A stretch of 62,293 bases of DNA, filler included, from 3 parts of 3 records of this genome joined end to end with filler, not necessarily neighbours in it, one strand, 5' to 3'. Positions 32,231 to 42,775 are shown, counted from the whole stretch's first letter. Notes: generated by a model from the letters alone, not told the origin. Program-made: numbers and translations.

Positions 32231-33400
32231 ATGAGTATGATGAAATCAATTAAATACAAAATTCTCAACGGTGTGTGCGGCTTAGTCTGTTCTGCTGCCA
32301 TTTTCTCTGCCACTGCACAGATCATCCCTGCGCCTCCACAAATTAATGCAAAAGGTTATTTCCTTGTTGATTTTACCACTGGTAAGGTTATTGCCGAAGG
32401 TGAGCCGGATACTCGTCTAGCACCTGCTAGCTTAACAAAAATGATGACTAGTTACGTTATCGGCACAGAAATTAAAGCTGGCAATATTGCACCAACAGAC
32501 ATGGTTACGGTCAGTGAAAAAGCGTGGGCCAAAAACTTCCCTGAATCTTCTAAAATGTTTATTGAAGTGGGTAAGCAGGTCAGCGTCGAAGATTTAAACC
32601 GCGGTATTATCATTCAATCAGGTAATGATGCATGCGTAGCAATGGCTGAACACATTGCAGGAAGTGAAAGTGCATTTGCCGACCTTATGAATGCTCACTC
32701 TGAAAAGTTAGGTATGAGCAACACGCATTTTATTAACAGCCATGGTTTAGATACTGACGCGCACTTCACAACACCTCGCGATATGGCAACACTAGGTGCA
32801 GCACTTATTCGTGATGTTCCTGAGGAGTATGCTTTTTACGCTGAAAAGTCGTTCACTTTTAACGGTATCAAGCAGTATAACCGTAATTCTTTATTATGGG
32901 ATGAAAGCCTGAATGTTGATGGTATCAAAACGGGGCATACTTCAGAAGCTGGGTACAGTTTAGTCACCTCTGCTACCAAAGACGAAATGCGCTTAATCGC
33001 TGTAGTTATGGGCACTTCAAGTGAACGAGCTCGTAAAGTTGAAAGTAAAAAACTCTTAAACTACGGGTTCCGATTTTTCGAAACAATCACACCATATCAA
33101 GCAGGTGATAGCTTTGCAGAGCAACGCATTTGGATGGGCAACAAAGAAAATGTATCATTAGGTATTTTAGAAGATACTCCTATCACTATCCCTCGCGGCC
33201 AACGTAAAAATTTAAAAGCTAATTTTGAGCTGGATAAAACGTTAGAGGCACCGCTTACTAAAGGTACTAAAGTTGGCACCTTGTTTTTACAACTTGAAGG
33301 CGAAGAGATTGCACAATACCCTCTTGTAACGCTTGAAGAAGTTGAGGAAGGTAGTTTCTTTAGTAAAATTTATGATTACTTACGTTTACAGATTATGTAA
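32231..33400 (+). CDS. dacA: D-alanyl-D-alanine carboxypeptidase (PBP5/6)
   Basis: PASLTK, SGNDA, KTG. Confidence 0.92.
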   Translation: MSMMKSIKYKILNGVCGLVCSAAIFSATAQIIPAPPQINAKGYFLVDFTTGKVIAEGEPDTRLAPASLTKMMTSYVIGTEIKAGNIAPTDMVTVSEKAWAKNFPESSKMFIEVGKQVSVEDLNRGIIIQSGNDACVAMAEHIAGSESAFADLMNAHSEKLGMSNTHFINSHGLDTDAHFTTPRDMATLGAALIRDVPEEYAFYAEKSFTFNGIKQYNRNSLLWDESLNVDGIKTGHTSEAGYSLVTSATKDEMRLIAVVMGTSSERARKVESKKLLNYGFRFFETITPYQAGDSFAEQRIWMGNKENVSLGILEDTPITIPRGQRKNLKANFELDKTLEAPLTKGTKVGTLFLQLEGEEIAQYPLVTLEEVEEGSFFSKIYDYLRLQIM

Positions 33401-33420
33401 TTGCTAATTTAATAATTCTA

Positions 33421-33450
33421 AGCGCCTTGCACTGCAAGGCGTTTTTTTTT
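33421..33450 (+). terminator. Rho-independent terminator after dacA
   Basis: GCGCCTTGC-ACT-GCAAGGCGT followed by a T-run. Confidence 0.8.
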
Positions 33451-33546
33451 GCCTGAAAAATGCTAGAATGCGCCTCATATCTAACCTACAAGGTCGAGTG
33501 TGGGTTATTAGTCGGTTATAAGCGCATTATGTAAGGAGTCATCGTC

Positions 33547-33825
33547 GTGGCTACACCTGTAGAAAATACTAAATTTGATGAGTACTTAGAGTACCCTTGT
33601 CCGTTTACCTTCAAAGTAATGGGCTTAGCAAACGTTAATTTAACTGACCAAATTCTTGAAAAGTTACAGCCAATTGCACCTGGTGACTACGCGCCTAAAG
33701 TAAAGCCTAGCAGTAAAGGGACTTACGAGTCTGTGACTTTTGTTGCAACAGTGACCAGTGGCAAACATATTGAAGAAATCTACAACGTGATCAGTAATAT
33801 CGATGACGTTCGTCACATGCTTTAA
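33547..33825 (+). CDS. ybeD: DUF493 family protein YbeD
   Basis: [19 protein letters not shown]; upstream of lipB; AAGGAG SD. Confidence 0.92.
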   Translation: MATPVENTKFDEYLEYPCPFTFKVMGLANVNLTDQILEKLQPIAPGDYAPKVKPSSKGTYESVTFVATVTSGKHIEEIYNVISNIDDVRHML

Positions 33826-33844
33826 ACCCTAATTGGAGATTGCA

Positions 33845-34498
33845 GTGAGCGAAAACACGTTAATCGTGCGCCAATTAGGCCGCCAGCGGTACATGCCAAT
33901 ATGGCAAAAAATGCAAGAGTTTACCGACACTCGAGATGATGCTGTCGCTGATGAAATCTGGTTAGTCGAGCACGAACCGGTTTTCACACAAGGCCAAGCA
34001 GGAAAGGAAGAACATTTACTTGCACCTGGCGATATTGAAGTGATCAAAGTTGATCGCGGAGGCCAAGTGACCTATCACGGGCCAGGCCAACAAATGATGT
34101 ATGTTTTATTTAACTTACGTCGTTTAAAAATTGGTGTACGTGAATTAGTAACTTGGCTTGAAGAATGTATTATCGATACATTGAAAGAATATGATATTGA
34201 AGCATACGCTAAAGCCGATGCACCGGGTGTGTATGTAAATGATAGTAAAATCGCATCGTTAGGCCTTCGCGTTCGTCGCGGCTGTTCATTTCATGGCTTG
34301 GCCTTAAATGTAAGTATGGATTTGAGACCATTTTTACGTATTAACCCCTGTGGTTATGCGGGTATGAATATGGTGCAGACAACTGATTTAGATGGTCCAC
34401 AAAACCTCGAGCAAGCAGGTAATGGACTTGTAAAACACATGATCACAAAGCTTAATGCTACACAGGTTAAGCATACTGAAGGGTTTGAAAACGAATGA
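33845..34498 (+). CDS. lipB: lipoyl(octanoyl) transferase
   Basis: [30 protein letters not shown] start after GGAG. Confidence 0.96.
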   Translation: MSENTLIVRQLGRQRYMPIWQKMQEFTDTRDDAVADEIWLVEHEPVFTQGQAGKEEHLLAPGDIEVIKVDRGGQVTYHGPGQQMMYVLFNLRRLKIGVRELVTWLEECIIDTLKEYDIEAYAKADAPGVYVNDSKIASLGLRVRRGCSFHGLALNVSMDLRPFLRINPCGYAGMNMVQTTDLDGPQNLEQAGNGLVKHMITKLNATQVKHTEGFENE

Positions 34499-35460
34499 AT
34501 AAACCAGTCAAGATGGAACCAGGGGTAAAATTACGTGACGCCGAAAAAATGGCGTTGATCCCAGTTAAAGTATTACCGACTGAAAAAACTGAAATGTTGC
34601 GCAAGCCCGAGTGGCTAAAAATACGTTTACCAAAGTCAACTGAACGTATCGACGGCATAAAACAAGCAATGCGTAAGCACGGCTTACACTCAGTATGTGA
34701 AGAGGCTTCATGCCCTAACCTATCAGAGTGCTTCAACCATGGTACAGCAACCTTTATGATTTTAGGGGCTATTTGTACTCGTCGTTGCCCGTTTTGTGAT
34801 GTTGCCCATGGCCGCCCATTAAAACCGGATGCCGCAGAGCCTGAAAAGCTAGCACTAACTATTAAAGACATGAAGTTAAGCTATGTTGTTATAACTTCAG
34901 TTGACCGCGATGATTTACGTGACGGCGGTGCGCAACATTTTGCTGACTGCATTCGCGAAATCCGCAAACATAATCCAACCATTACCATCGAAATATTAGT
35001 GCCTGATTTTCGGGGTCGTATGGATCGTGCTCTTGAGATCTTAATTGAGACGCCACCAGATGTGTTTAACCACAACCTTGAAACTGCGCCACGCTTGTAC
35101 AAGCTTGCTCGCCCAGGTGCTGATTATAAATGGTCACTAGAGTTGCTGCGTCGTTTTAAAGAAGCGCACCCAGAAGTTAAAACTAAATCTGGTTTAATGG
35201 TAGGTTTAGGCGAAGAAATTAGCGAAATCGAAGAAGTATTACGCGATTTACGTGAGCATAATGTCGATATGCTTACTGTAGGCCAATACCTACAACCGTC
35301 AAAACATCACTTACCTGTTAAGCGTTATGTACCGCCAGCTGAATTTGATGCGTTAAAAGATTATGCAGATGAAATTGGCTTTACTCATGCAGCCTCAGGT
35401 CCATTTGTACGTTCGAGCTATCACGCTGATCAACAAGCCGCGGGTAAAGAAGTTAAGTAA
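34495..35460 (+). CDS. lipA: lipoyl synthase
   Basis: [24 protein letters not shown]. Confidence 0.98.
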   Translation: MNKPVKMEPGVKLRDAEKMALIPVKVLPTEKTEMLRKPEWLKIRLPKSTERIDGIKQAMRKHGLHSVCEEASCPNLSECFNHGTATFMILGAICTRRCPFCDVAHGRPLKPDAAEPEKLALTIKDMKLSYVVITSVDRDDLRDGGAQHFADCIREIRKHNPTITIEILVPDFRGRMDRALEILIETPPDVFNHNLETAPRLYKLARPGADYKWSLELLRRFKEAHPEVKTKSGLMVGLGEEISEIEEVLRDLREHNVDMLTVGQYLQPSKHHLPVKRYVPPAEFDALKDYADEIGFTHAASGPFVRSSYHADQQAAGKEVK

Positions 35461-35464
35461 CACT

Positions 35465-35503
35465 TAAACACTACACCCTTTAACATTTAGGGTGTAGTGT
35501 TTA
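35465..35503. terminator. long hairpin between convergent lipA and the lipoprotein gene
   Basis: TAAACACTACACCCT-N9-AGGGTGTAGTGTTTA perfect 15-bp stem. Confidence 0.7.
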
Positions 35504-35523
35504 CAGATTTAGTTTACTTAAGA

Positions 35524-35787
35524 TTATTTGATGCAGACATCATAATCTCTGTTTTTAGGTAATGTAGGATTCATGCTATAAGGTGATGGTTTTGATGTTA
35601 ACCAATCCGCTTTATTGCGAACATTCTGTCTTATCATCGCACTTTTACATGCATTAGCTGAATTATGAAAGCTTGTCACCTGCCCTGTTTTATTGTCAAC
35701 CAGTAAAAACTTTTCATCTTCTTGCGAAGTGGTAGAATTACAGCCAGCAAGCGCAGTGAGTGCTAAAACCAAAATCGTAGTTTTCAT
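35524..35787 (-). CDS. hypothetical small lipoprotein
   Basis: Signal peptide with lipobox LAGC; GAGGGA SD; two further Cys. Confidence 0.7.
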   Translation of the reverse strand: MKTTILVLALTALAGCNSTTSQEDEKFLLVDNKTGQVTSFHNSANACKSAMIRQNVRNKADWLTSKPSPYSMNPTLPKNRDYDVCIK

Positions 35788-35896
35788 ATTTAGTCCCTCA
35801 AATTATAAACACGCATTGTGTTAAATAAATGTATGACCTTTTCATTTACATGTCAATTAAACGGCTAATTAATCCAATATAATCAATAAATATAGT

Positions 35897-36409
35897 TTAT
35901 ACTTTTGTGCCTGCTATGTTCTGTTTTTCACGGATCATGGCCTTTTCTTCATGTTGATATAACAATTCCAGCTCAGCTGGATCGAGAGGGGTCGTAGCAG
36001 CTAGGTAATTTAACTCAATATGAGAAATAAGATTACTAAACACATATTCAACACGTTTAATATGAAATTCAGAACTCACTATCGTCGCTTTTTTTATATT
36101 ATTAGCAGTCAATATAGGCAGAGACATTGTTGCGTCCTCAAATGTAAATCGACTTAATGCTACGTCTAGAAAGGCGTTTCGCGAAATCCCCTGTTTTATT
36201 AAATAGTCCTTGGTTAGTTCGCCGTGGGCAAATGGGCTGGTGTTAAAATGTTCGCCAAATCCACCAGTGCATAATACTTTGCAACTAGGGTTTTGCGTAT
36301 ATAACTGAAAGGCTTTATCACATCTACTTTTTGCTATTTTAGATAACTCCCCACTTTTGCAATTAGGAGAGCCAAGTACAATAATGGCGTAAGAATCATT
36401 CTCTCTCAT
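35897..36409 (-). CDS. YdcF/DUF218 family protein
   Basis: IIVLG, CTGG, SRFTFEDA, VSSEFHIKR. Confidence 0.85.
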   Translation of the reverse strand: MRENDSYAIIVLGSPNCKSGELSKIAKSRCDKAFQLYTQNPSCKVLCTGGFGEHFNTSPFAHGELTKDYLIKQGISRNAFLDVALSRFTFEDATMSLPILTANNIKKATIVSSEFHIKRVEYVFSNLISHIELNYLAATTPLDPAELELLYQHEEKAMIREKQNIAGTKV

Positions 36410-36589
36410 CAAAGTTCCTCCTTATATGCTCTATTTATTCTATATATTAAAACAGATAGTTAGTTGGTTGTTGCAATATTGAATTTATTTCGGTGACTAA
36501 TAAATTATTTACTTGGTTTTTAATTAATCACTAGGTCAATTGTTCATTCCTTGCGACAATTAGCATAATTATATTAATCATGGCTTATT

Positions 36590-36829
36590 ATGAAATTATT
36601 AGTTAGAAACCTTTCACGCGCAACGACTGAGCAAGACATTCGTGTATTATTCACCGCCTACGGTAAAGTTGCTGAATGCACGCTTGTATTAGACAAAGAG
36701 ACGGGTAAATCAAAGGGCTTTGCATTTGTTGAAATGCCTATAGAATCAGAAGCTGAAGAGGCAATTAAAGCCTTAAACCAGAGCAATGTTGATAAAAACA
36801 AGATCCGTGTTAAATTGGCTGATGCTTAA
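36590..36829 (+). CDS. RRM RNA-binding protein
   Basis: RNP2 LLVRNL, RNP1 KGFAFVEM. Confidence 0.92.
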   Translation: MKLLVRNLSRATTEQDIRVLFTAYGKVAECTLVLDKETGKSKGFAFVEMPIESEAEEAIKALNQSNVDKNKIRVKLADA

Positions 36830-36858
36830 AAACCCACGTTAGACAAAAAACCAGCTAT

Positions 36859-36958
36859 NNNNNNNNNNNNNNNNNNNNNNNNNNNNNNNNNNNNNNNNNN
36901 NNTTAATTAATTAANNNNNNNNNNNNNNNNNNNNNNNNNNNNNNNNNNNNNNNNNNNN
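36859..36958. other. artificial contig spacer
   Basis: 44 N + TTAATTAATTAA + 44 N, identical to 18390-18489. Confidence 0.98.
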
Positions 36959-36969
36959 TAATCAATATC

Positions 36970-37025
36970 GGTTTCGACAGGCTCAACCGGACAAATCAAG
37001 CTATGAAGACTTTTTAAACACCCTC
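36970..37025. repeat. REP/MITE-like repeat at the start of contig C
   Basis: GGTTTCGACAGGCTCAACC REP-like core followed by GACTTTTTAAACACCCTC; 36986-37025 matches 62254-62293 in reverse complement at 36/40 nt. Confidence 0.75.
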
Positions 37026-37054
37026 CTTTCCTTTTCTTATATGTTTTTGGCTGA

Positions 37055-37567
37055 TTATTCTACTTTCATAAATATCTGGGTAAAATAGGGTCTACCATCT
37101 TTATCTAGCTCTATGCTAAGGGTTGTGTGGCTAAAGTCGCCTTCCATGGCGTCTTTGTGAGAGGTGCTGTTTATCCAGGCATCCAGGGTAACTTCTGCAG
37201 ATGTGTAATAGCGAGCAACATTTTCAGATATCAGTTGTGCATTTATTTCAGCCGCGATTTTGGAGGCGCGGGCTTCAAAATTATCATGGCTCAGGCTGTT
37301 TCTGGAAATCATATAATCGTTATGCTCCTCGGCATATTTATATGCCGGCGGGCTATTTTCCAAAATGTTCAAGCCAATCGATTCACGGTGATCATTGACC
37401 AAGTTGAACAATTCTTCTTCCATCTTTACCGGATCAACAGTGACTTTTTCATTTCCAAGATTAGCCTCCGTATACGTCTGTTCAAATTCTTCAGGCGAAG
37501 ATTGGCTGCAGCTCACAAGAAGCAATAAAAAAGCCATGACCAGCGTAGTGCTAGAATATTTTTTCAT
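37055..37567 (-). CDS. CAP (SCP) domain lipoprotein
   Basis: Lipobox LVSC, VNDHR, HNDYM..LSHD, ENVA, W..S..H; start taken at ATG 37567. Confidence 0.88.
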   Translation of the reverse strand: MKKYSSTTLVMAFLLLLVSCSQSSPEEFEQTYTEANLGNEKVTVDPVKMEEELFNLVNDHRESIGLNILENSPPAYKYAEEHNDYMISRNSLSHDNFEARASKIAAEINAQLISENVARYYTSAEVTLDAWINSTSHKDAMEGDFSHTTLSIELDKDGRPYFTQIFMKVE

Positions 37568-37750
37568 TTTCGGGGTGTTTTCGGGAGTGTTCAATTCCCT
37601 TATGTTCTCGATTGCTAAACTAATGGAGACACTGCCCTTTTCCATGGAATTTCCATGTTTGGATAGATTATCACGTTGAAATGCAGATAGATGGGTTCAA
37701 TGGTGTTTTTAAGTAAAGGCCGAACCCTTTTATCGGGAAAAGGGTACCGT

Positions 37751-38278
37751 TTATATGATTTCTTCCTTTGCTTCTATTTCCTCTGATGGAGTGTTTGCAT
37801 CATCAAAAACATAAGAAAAAACCAGTGCGCCTATTTCCTTGATGGGTTCGTAGAAAACGGATTCTTTTTTGGTTTCCTCATTGATGAGTCCCAGAGGGGT
37901 GGTAAGCTTTTCGAAGAAAATAAGGAACGCACCTAAAATCACAGCAACTTTTAAAGCGCCAAAAATACCTCCTGCGATTTTGTTCAAAAGTCCGAGCATG
38001 GCAAAATCGGCAATTTTGGTCAAGAATTTCCCTGCCAAATTCACTACAATGATGATGGCAAAAAAAGTAATCAAAAATGCAGCAATTTTAAGATATTGGT
38101 CGCTCCAATCGAACTGTTCGGACAAGTAGTCGCCCGTGATGTACGAAAAATGGATGGCACCATAGATACCTGCAATAAGGGCAATCAAAGAGGCCAATTC
38201 CACAAAAAGGCCGTTTTTGAGACCTTTGTAAAGGCCCCAGACCAAAAGAATTCCGATGATAATATCCAAAAAGCTCAT
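37751..38278 (-). CDS. CvpA family membrane protein
   Basis: LDII...GLKNGL..E, LNKIAGGIFGALK. Confidence 0.88.
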   Translation of the reverse strand: MSFLDIIIGILLVWGLYKGLKNGLFVELASLIALIAGIYGAIHFSYITGDYLSEQFDWSDQYLKIAAFLITFFAIIIVVNLAGKFLTKIADFAMLGLLNKIAGGIFGALKVAVILGAFLIFFEKLTTPLGLINEETKKESVFYEPIKEIGALVFSYVFDDANTPSEEIEAKEEII

Positions 38279-38338
38279 ACGCAGGTTTTAACAAATATAG
38301 AATATTGATTTGTACCTTTGGTACTCATTACAAAACAC

Positions 38339-38695
38339 ATGTCAAGAGACGAACAATTAAAGGAAAGATGGGAGTTTTTGGTGGAAAAACTATCTGCGCA
38401 ATTTTCTGATGGGGACCCGCTGGAACTCGATGGGATTGTTTATTTGGTCGGCGTTCAGGAATTGGGGGATTTTCATCGTAAATTTAAAAAGGACGAAAAG
38501 GTCAATTTGATGCATATCGCCATCTGTAGGCTTTTGGAACCTTATGGTTATTACGATTTTGATTTTTTTGATGAGGACGGATGGCCTCATTATAAAATGA
38601 AAGAACAATTGCCACCGTTAAAAGCTGGGGAACAATCCGTTTTAATGAAAGAAGCCCTGGTCAACTACTTCATGGAAAAGGAATACATTACCTAA
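38339..38695 (+). CDS. conserved hypothetical protein
   Basis: GVQELG...KDEKVNLMHIAIC..LEPYGYY..DEDGWPH; TACCTTTG -7 box upstream. Confidence 0.8.
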   Translation: MSRDEQLKERWEFLVEKLSAQFSDGDPLELDGIVYLVGVQELGDFHRKFKKDEKVNLMHIAICRLLEPYGYYDFDFFDEDGWPHYKMKEQLPPLKAGEQSVLMKEALVNYFMEKEYIT

Positions 38696-39004
38696 ATGGA
38701 GCCAAAAAAACCGTACTACGCCGTAATTTTCACCAACCTTAGGACTTCTGGTGATGATGGTTACGCGAAAATGGCTGAAGAAATGGAAACTCTGGCCAGG
38801 AAACAACCCGGATTTTTGGACTTTGAAAGCGCCCGCGATGGTCTAGGAATTTCTATCAGTTATTGGGAGAGTTTAGAAGCCATTGCCAATTGGAAAGCCC
38901 AGTTAGATCATAAAGAAGCCCAGAAAAAAGGAATCCAAAAATGGTACTCTTGGTATAAGGTTAGAGTGTGCCGTGTGGAACGCGAATACGAATTCAACAA
39001 ATAG
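38696..39004 (+). CDS. ABM family monooxygenase
   Basis: YYAVIF, QPGFL..ES, ISYWESLEAI..W, H..AQ..G..WY. Confidence 0.85.
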   Translation: MEPKKPYYAVIFTNLRTSGDDGYAKMAEEMETLARKQPGFLDFESARDGLGISISYWESLEAIANWKAQLDHKEAQKKGIQKWYSWYKVRVCRVEREYEFNK

Positions 39005-39008
39005 ACCC

Positions 39009-40676
39009 ATGAGCGAGAACAATGCTTTTTCCAACGTAAACAGAAAGGAGAACCTTCAAACAGTTGCCAAAAAGGCCTATGATCTTGTGGTGATCGGCGG
39101 AGGAATTACTGGGGCAGGCATTGCTTTGGATGCTTCTTCCCGAGGCATGAAGGTTTTATTGCTCGAAAAAGGCGATTTTGCTTCGGGTACCAGCAGTAAA
39201 TCTACCAAGCTCATTCACGGGGGACTCCGTTATTTAAAACAGTTCGATTTTTGGTTGGTGAAGGAAGTGGGTTCCGAAAGGGCCATCGTTCACAAATTGG
39301 CCCCACATTTGGTGCTTCCCGAAAAGATGTTGCTTCCCCTTATCGAAGGCGGTTCCTATGGAAAATGGCTGACATCCATCGGTTTGAAGGTCTATGATAT
39401 TTTGGCGCAGGTCTCCGGGGATGATAAACGGCAGATGTTGGAAAAAAAGGAGGCCTTGAAACTGGAACCCCTTTTACCCAAAAAAATCTTGAACGGTGCC
39501 GGCTACTATGCCGAATACCGAACCGATGATGCCAGACTTACCTTGGAAAACCTAAAGACGAGTCTTCAATTTGGTGCGCAGTTGTTCAACTATACCAGGG
39601 TCACCGATTTTATCTACGAGGATGAGCAGGTAGCAGGCGTAAAATTCACTGATGAAGTCCTTGGAGATGAATATAGTGTTTCATCAAAATATGTGATCAA
39701 TGCCGCCGGGCCTTGGGTGGATGAACTCAGGAGTGTAAACCAATCCAAAAAAGGCAAGCGATTGCATTTGACCAAAGGCGTGCATTTGGTGTTTCCAAAG
39801 GAAAAACTTCCTGTAAAACAGTCCGTTTATTTTGATATCCCTGATGGTCGGATGATGTTCGCCATTCCGCGTGGAAAGGTCACCTATATTGGAACTACCG
39901 ATACCAATTTCAATTTGGACAAGGACCATGTGACCACCGATATAGCCGATGCTATTTATTTGGTGTCCGCGGTGAACAATATGTTTCCTGACATTGAATT
40001 GGAGCTGGATGACATCGTTTCTTCTTGGGCCGGACTGCGGCCTTTGATTCACGAAGAGGGAAAATCAGCTTCAGAACTATCCCGAAAAGATGAAATTTTC
40101 ACTTCCGACACCGGTTTGGTGAGTATTGCAGGGGGCAAGCTCACCGGATACCGAAAAATGGCCGAGCGAACCGTGAACCGCATCGCCAAAAAAATGGAGG
40201 AAGACCACGATGTGGACCTGAAGCCTTGCACTACGGACAAGATTCCACTTTGTGGGAACGCATTTAAAAAGTTTAAGCACGTAAAAAAATATATTGGCAA
40301 GGTACAAGAAGAACTGCAAGCGGATGGTTTTTCGAAATATGATGGATGGTATCTAGTGACCACGTATGGCAAGCAGACGGAATCCATTTTGGAAAAATAT
40401 GCTCAAATAAAGGGGGACAAACCCAAAGAACGGATGATCAGGGCCGAGGCTCAATTTACCATAGCTCATGAAATGGCGCTGAATCCCTTGGACTTTTTTA
40501 TAAGAAGAACAGGAAGGCTTTATTTTGATATTGGCAGCGTTCGAAAATATAAGGAACCTGTTTTTGAAGAATTCCAAAAAGCATATAACTATTCCACAGA
40601 AGAAATGGAGACCTTTTCAACCGAATTGGATGCGGAGTTAAAGGAACATTCTGATTTTTCGTTGGAGCGGGATTAA
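39009..40676 (+). CDS. glpD: FAD-dependent glycerol-3-phosphate dehydrogenase/oxidase
   Basis: GGGITG, GTSSKSTKLIHGGLRYL, TDDARL, WAGLRPL, GGKLTGYR. Confidence 0.93.
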   Translation: MSENNAFSNVNRKENLQTVAKKAYDLVVIGGGITGAGIALDASSRGMKVLLLEKGDFASGTSSKSTKLIHGGLRYLKQFDFWLVKEVGSERAIVHKLAPHLVLPEKMLLPLIEGGSYGKWLTSIGLKVYDILAQVSGDDKRQMLEKKEALKLEPLLPKKILNGAGYYAEYRTDDARLTLENLKTSLQFGAQLFNYTRVTDFIYEDEQVAGVKFTDEVLGDEYSVSSKYVINAAGPWVDELRSVNQSKKGKRLHLTKGVHLVFPKEKLPVKQSVYFDIPDGRMMFAIPRGKVTYIGTTDTNFNLDKDHVTTDIADAIYLVSAVNNMFPDIELELDDIVSSWAGLRPLIHEEGKSASELSRKDEIFTSDTGLVSIAGGKLTGYRKMAERTVNRIAKKMEEDHDVDLKPCTTDKIPLCGNAFKKFKHVKKYIGKVQEELQADGFSKYDGWYLVTTYGKQTESILEKYAQIKGDKPKERMIRAEAQFTIAHEMALNPLDFFIRRTGRLYFDIGSVRKYKEPVFEEFQKAYNYSTEEMETFSTELDAELKEHSDFSLERD

Positions 40677-41674
40677 TCCAACTTCTCCGTCAACTTCTCA
40701 AACACCTTTTTGGGGTTCTTGTTTTTGTAGAGCACTTGGTACACGGCGTTGATAATTGGAGTTTTGGACTTCTTTTGTAGTTTTTCCATCAAATTATGGG
40801 CGCTTTGGGTGGCATAATAGCCTTCGGCCACCATGTTCATCTCCATCATAGCGCTTTTTACGGTGTAGCCCTTCCCGATCATGTTCCCGAACATACGGTT
40901 TCTACTGAAAGTGGAATAACCCGTTACCAACAAGTCGCCCAAGTAGGCCGAGGCGTTGATGTTTCGCTTCATTTTGTACACACGGTCTATAAAACGTTTC
41001 ATCTCGCGTATGGCGTTGCTCATCAACACACTCTGGAAATTATCCCCATAACCCAGCCCGTGGGCTATGCCCGCAGCAATGGCATAAATATTTTTCAGCA
41101 TGGCCGCATATTCCGTACCGATGATGTCGTCCGATATTTTGGTGCGGATATAATCGCTCTTCAGGTGTTTGGCCACCATTTTAGCTTTGTCGGCATCGGC
41201 GCAGGCAATGGTTAGGTACGATAGCCGCTCCAAGGCCACCTCTTCCGCATGACAAGGTCCTGTGATCACCCCGATATTCTCAAAAGGAATCTCATATTTC
41301 TCATTAAAATGTTCCCCAACGATTCGACCACTTTCAGGAACAATGCCCTTAATGGCCGAAAAAATAATCTTATCCTTCACCGAAACGGTCAAAGCTTGGA
41401 GTTCCCTTTCCAAAAAAGCTGAGGGAATGGCAAAAATGAGCACATCGGAGGCTTCCACTACTTCATTGATGTCATGGCTCATCACAAGTTGGTCCACATC
41501 AAACTCCACCGAACTCAAATAGTTGGGATTGTGCCATTCTTTTTTAATGTGCCGGATGGCAGAATCGCTCCGCATGTACCAATTTACTTGGTCTAAATTC
41601 TCCGTCAACATTTTAACAATAGCCGTTCCCCAACTTCCACCTCCAAATACTCCAAACGTAAGTTTGTCTTCCAT
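40673..41674 (-). CDS. gpsA: NAD(P)H-dependent glycerol-3-phosphate dehydrogenase
   Basis: GGGSWGTA, GPCHAEE, LKNIYAIAAG, GDLLVT..SRNR. Confidence 0.95.
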   Translation of the reverse strand: MEDKLTFGVFGGGSWGTAIVKMLTENLDQVNWYMRSDSAIRHIKKEWHNPNYLSSVEFDVDQLVMSHDINEVVEASDVLIFAIPSAFLERELQALTVSVKDKIIFSAIKGIVPESGRIVGEHFNEKYEIPFENIGVITGPCHAEEVALERLSYLTIACADADKAKMVAKHLKSDYIRTKISDDIIGTEYAAMLKNIYAIAAGIAHGLGYGDNFQSVLMSNAIREMKRFIDRVYKMKRNINASAYLGDLLVTGYSTFSRNRMFGNMIGKGYTVKSAMMEMNMVAEGYYATQSAHNLMEKLQKKSKTPIINAVYQVLYKNKNPKKVFEKLTEKLD

Positions 41675-41732
41675 GCATCCAAATTAAGGTGTAAAGCTAA
41701 AAAATAAAATCATCAGCCTGTTTTAAATTGAT

Positions 41733-41767
41733 TATCAAATAGTTAAAGAATTTGGCACAGTGCTTGG
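41733..41767 (+). promoter_or_regulatory. putative sigma-54 promoter with adjacent IHF-like site
   Basis: TATCAAATAGTTA (WATCAAN4TTR) at 41733-41745; TGGCAC-AGTGC-TTGG at 41753-41767. Confidence 0.5.
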
Positions 41768-41798
41768 TTTAGGTAAAGAGAACTTTAAAACCTCGATT

Positions 41799-42719
41799 AT
41801 GAAAAATAGAAAATTACTTTTTGGAATTTTGTTCATTGGTCTATTGGCCAGTTCTTGCTATACCGAGGTTATTGTGGAAGATGATCTGATCACAGAGCCA
41901 CCGATCAATACCGCTTTGGTTTTGGAATCGCACGACCTTTGGTATGTGGATATTAATGAAACCCGAGGGAACGGCGAAGTACCATTTTTGCAACGAGCAT
42001 TCACCATTTCTTTTGATAGGGGCATTGTTTATGCCAACAACAACCTTTCCGGTTTGGGCAAAACAGGCAACGGATTCGGTATTGATGTTGGGGCCTACGC
42101 AACCTATAGCGGACAGGTGGAAATAGACCACGATATGTACGGTCTTTGGATATTGGAAGTGTTCGCCTTGGACAACAACACTTTGGAATTGTACGACCCA
42201 CGCTCCGACATCTCTTATATTTTAGAGGGATATCAAAGAAACAACTTTAATTATGATATGGTATTCTATGATAACATCCATTACTTTTTGCAAGAATACC
42301 AAGTTTGGGAGAAAACCTATACCAGCGAGGTGGGTGCCTTAAATGAGTTTGATGAAGAAAACTATTTGCAGTTTTTTGCCGATGGGAATGGATATTTTAG
42401 GTCCTCGGTAGATGCACAGGGGATTCCCCTTACCAATATACAATGGGATTATGAAGGTGATTACGAAGTCTACGATGTAGCCGACGACACCTCCCTGAAA
42501 ACTTTAACACTCGATTATGACTTCTTGGGCAATGATTATTTTGAGTTGTACGTTATCAATGATAGTACCATAGAGTTGTACCATGTATCCAGTGGAACGG
42601 TATATGAATTCACGGGAAGAGGATACATTCAATATTTGAAATCAAGTGACGGAACAGGTAAAAAGCGTTCAAAGACCAACAACCCAGTAATGGACGTTGT
42701 CCGTCAAAGAAATATGTAA
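41799..42719 (+). CDS. hypothetical lipoprotein with internal two-domain repeat
   Basis: Lipobox ASSC; repeated (L/I)(D/N)(N/D).T(L/I)ELY.....Y...G segments. Confidence 0.8.
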   Translation: MKNRKLLFGILFIGLLASSCYTEVIVEDDLITEPPINTALVLESHDLWYVDINETRGNGEVPFLQRAFTISFDRGIVYANNNLSGLGKTGNGFGIDVGAYATYSGQVEIDHDMYGLWILEVFALDNNTLELYDPRSDISYILEGYQRNNFNYDMVFYDNIHYFLQEYQVWEKTYTSEVGALNEFDEENYLQFFADGNGYFRSSVDAQGIPLTNIQWDYEGDYEVYDVADDTSLKTLTLDYDFLGNDYFELYVINDSTIELYHVSSGTVYEFTGRGYIQYLKSSDGTGKKRSKTNNPVMDVVRQRNM

Positions 42720-42775
42720 GGAAGAACATTTTAGTTCGACTATACAAACAGTTTTTTTGGTTGGTTATTTAGTTA

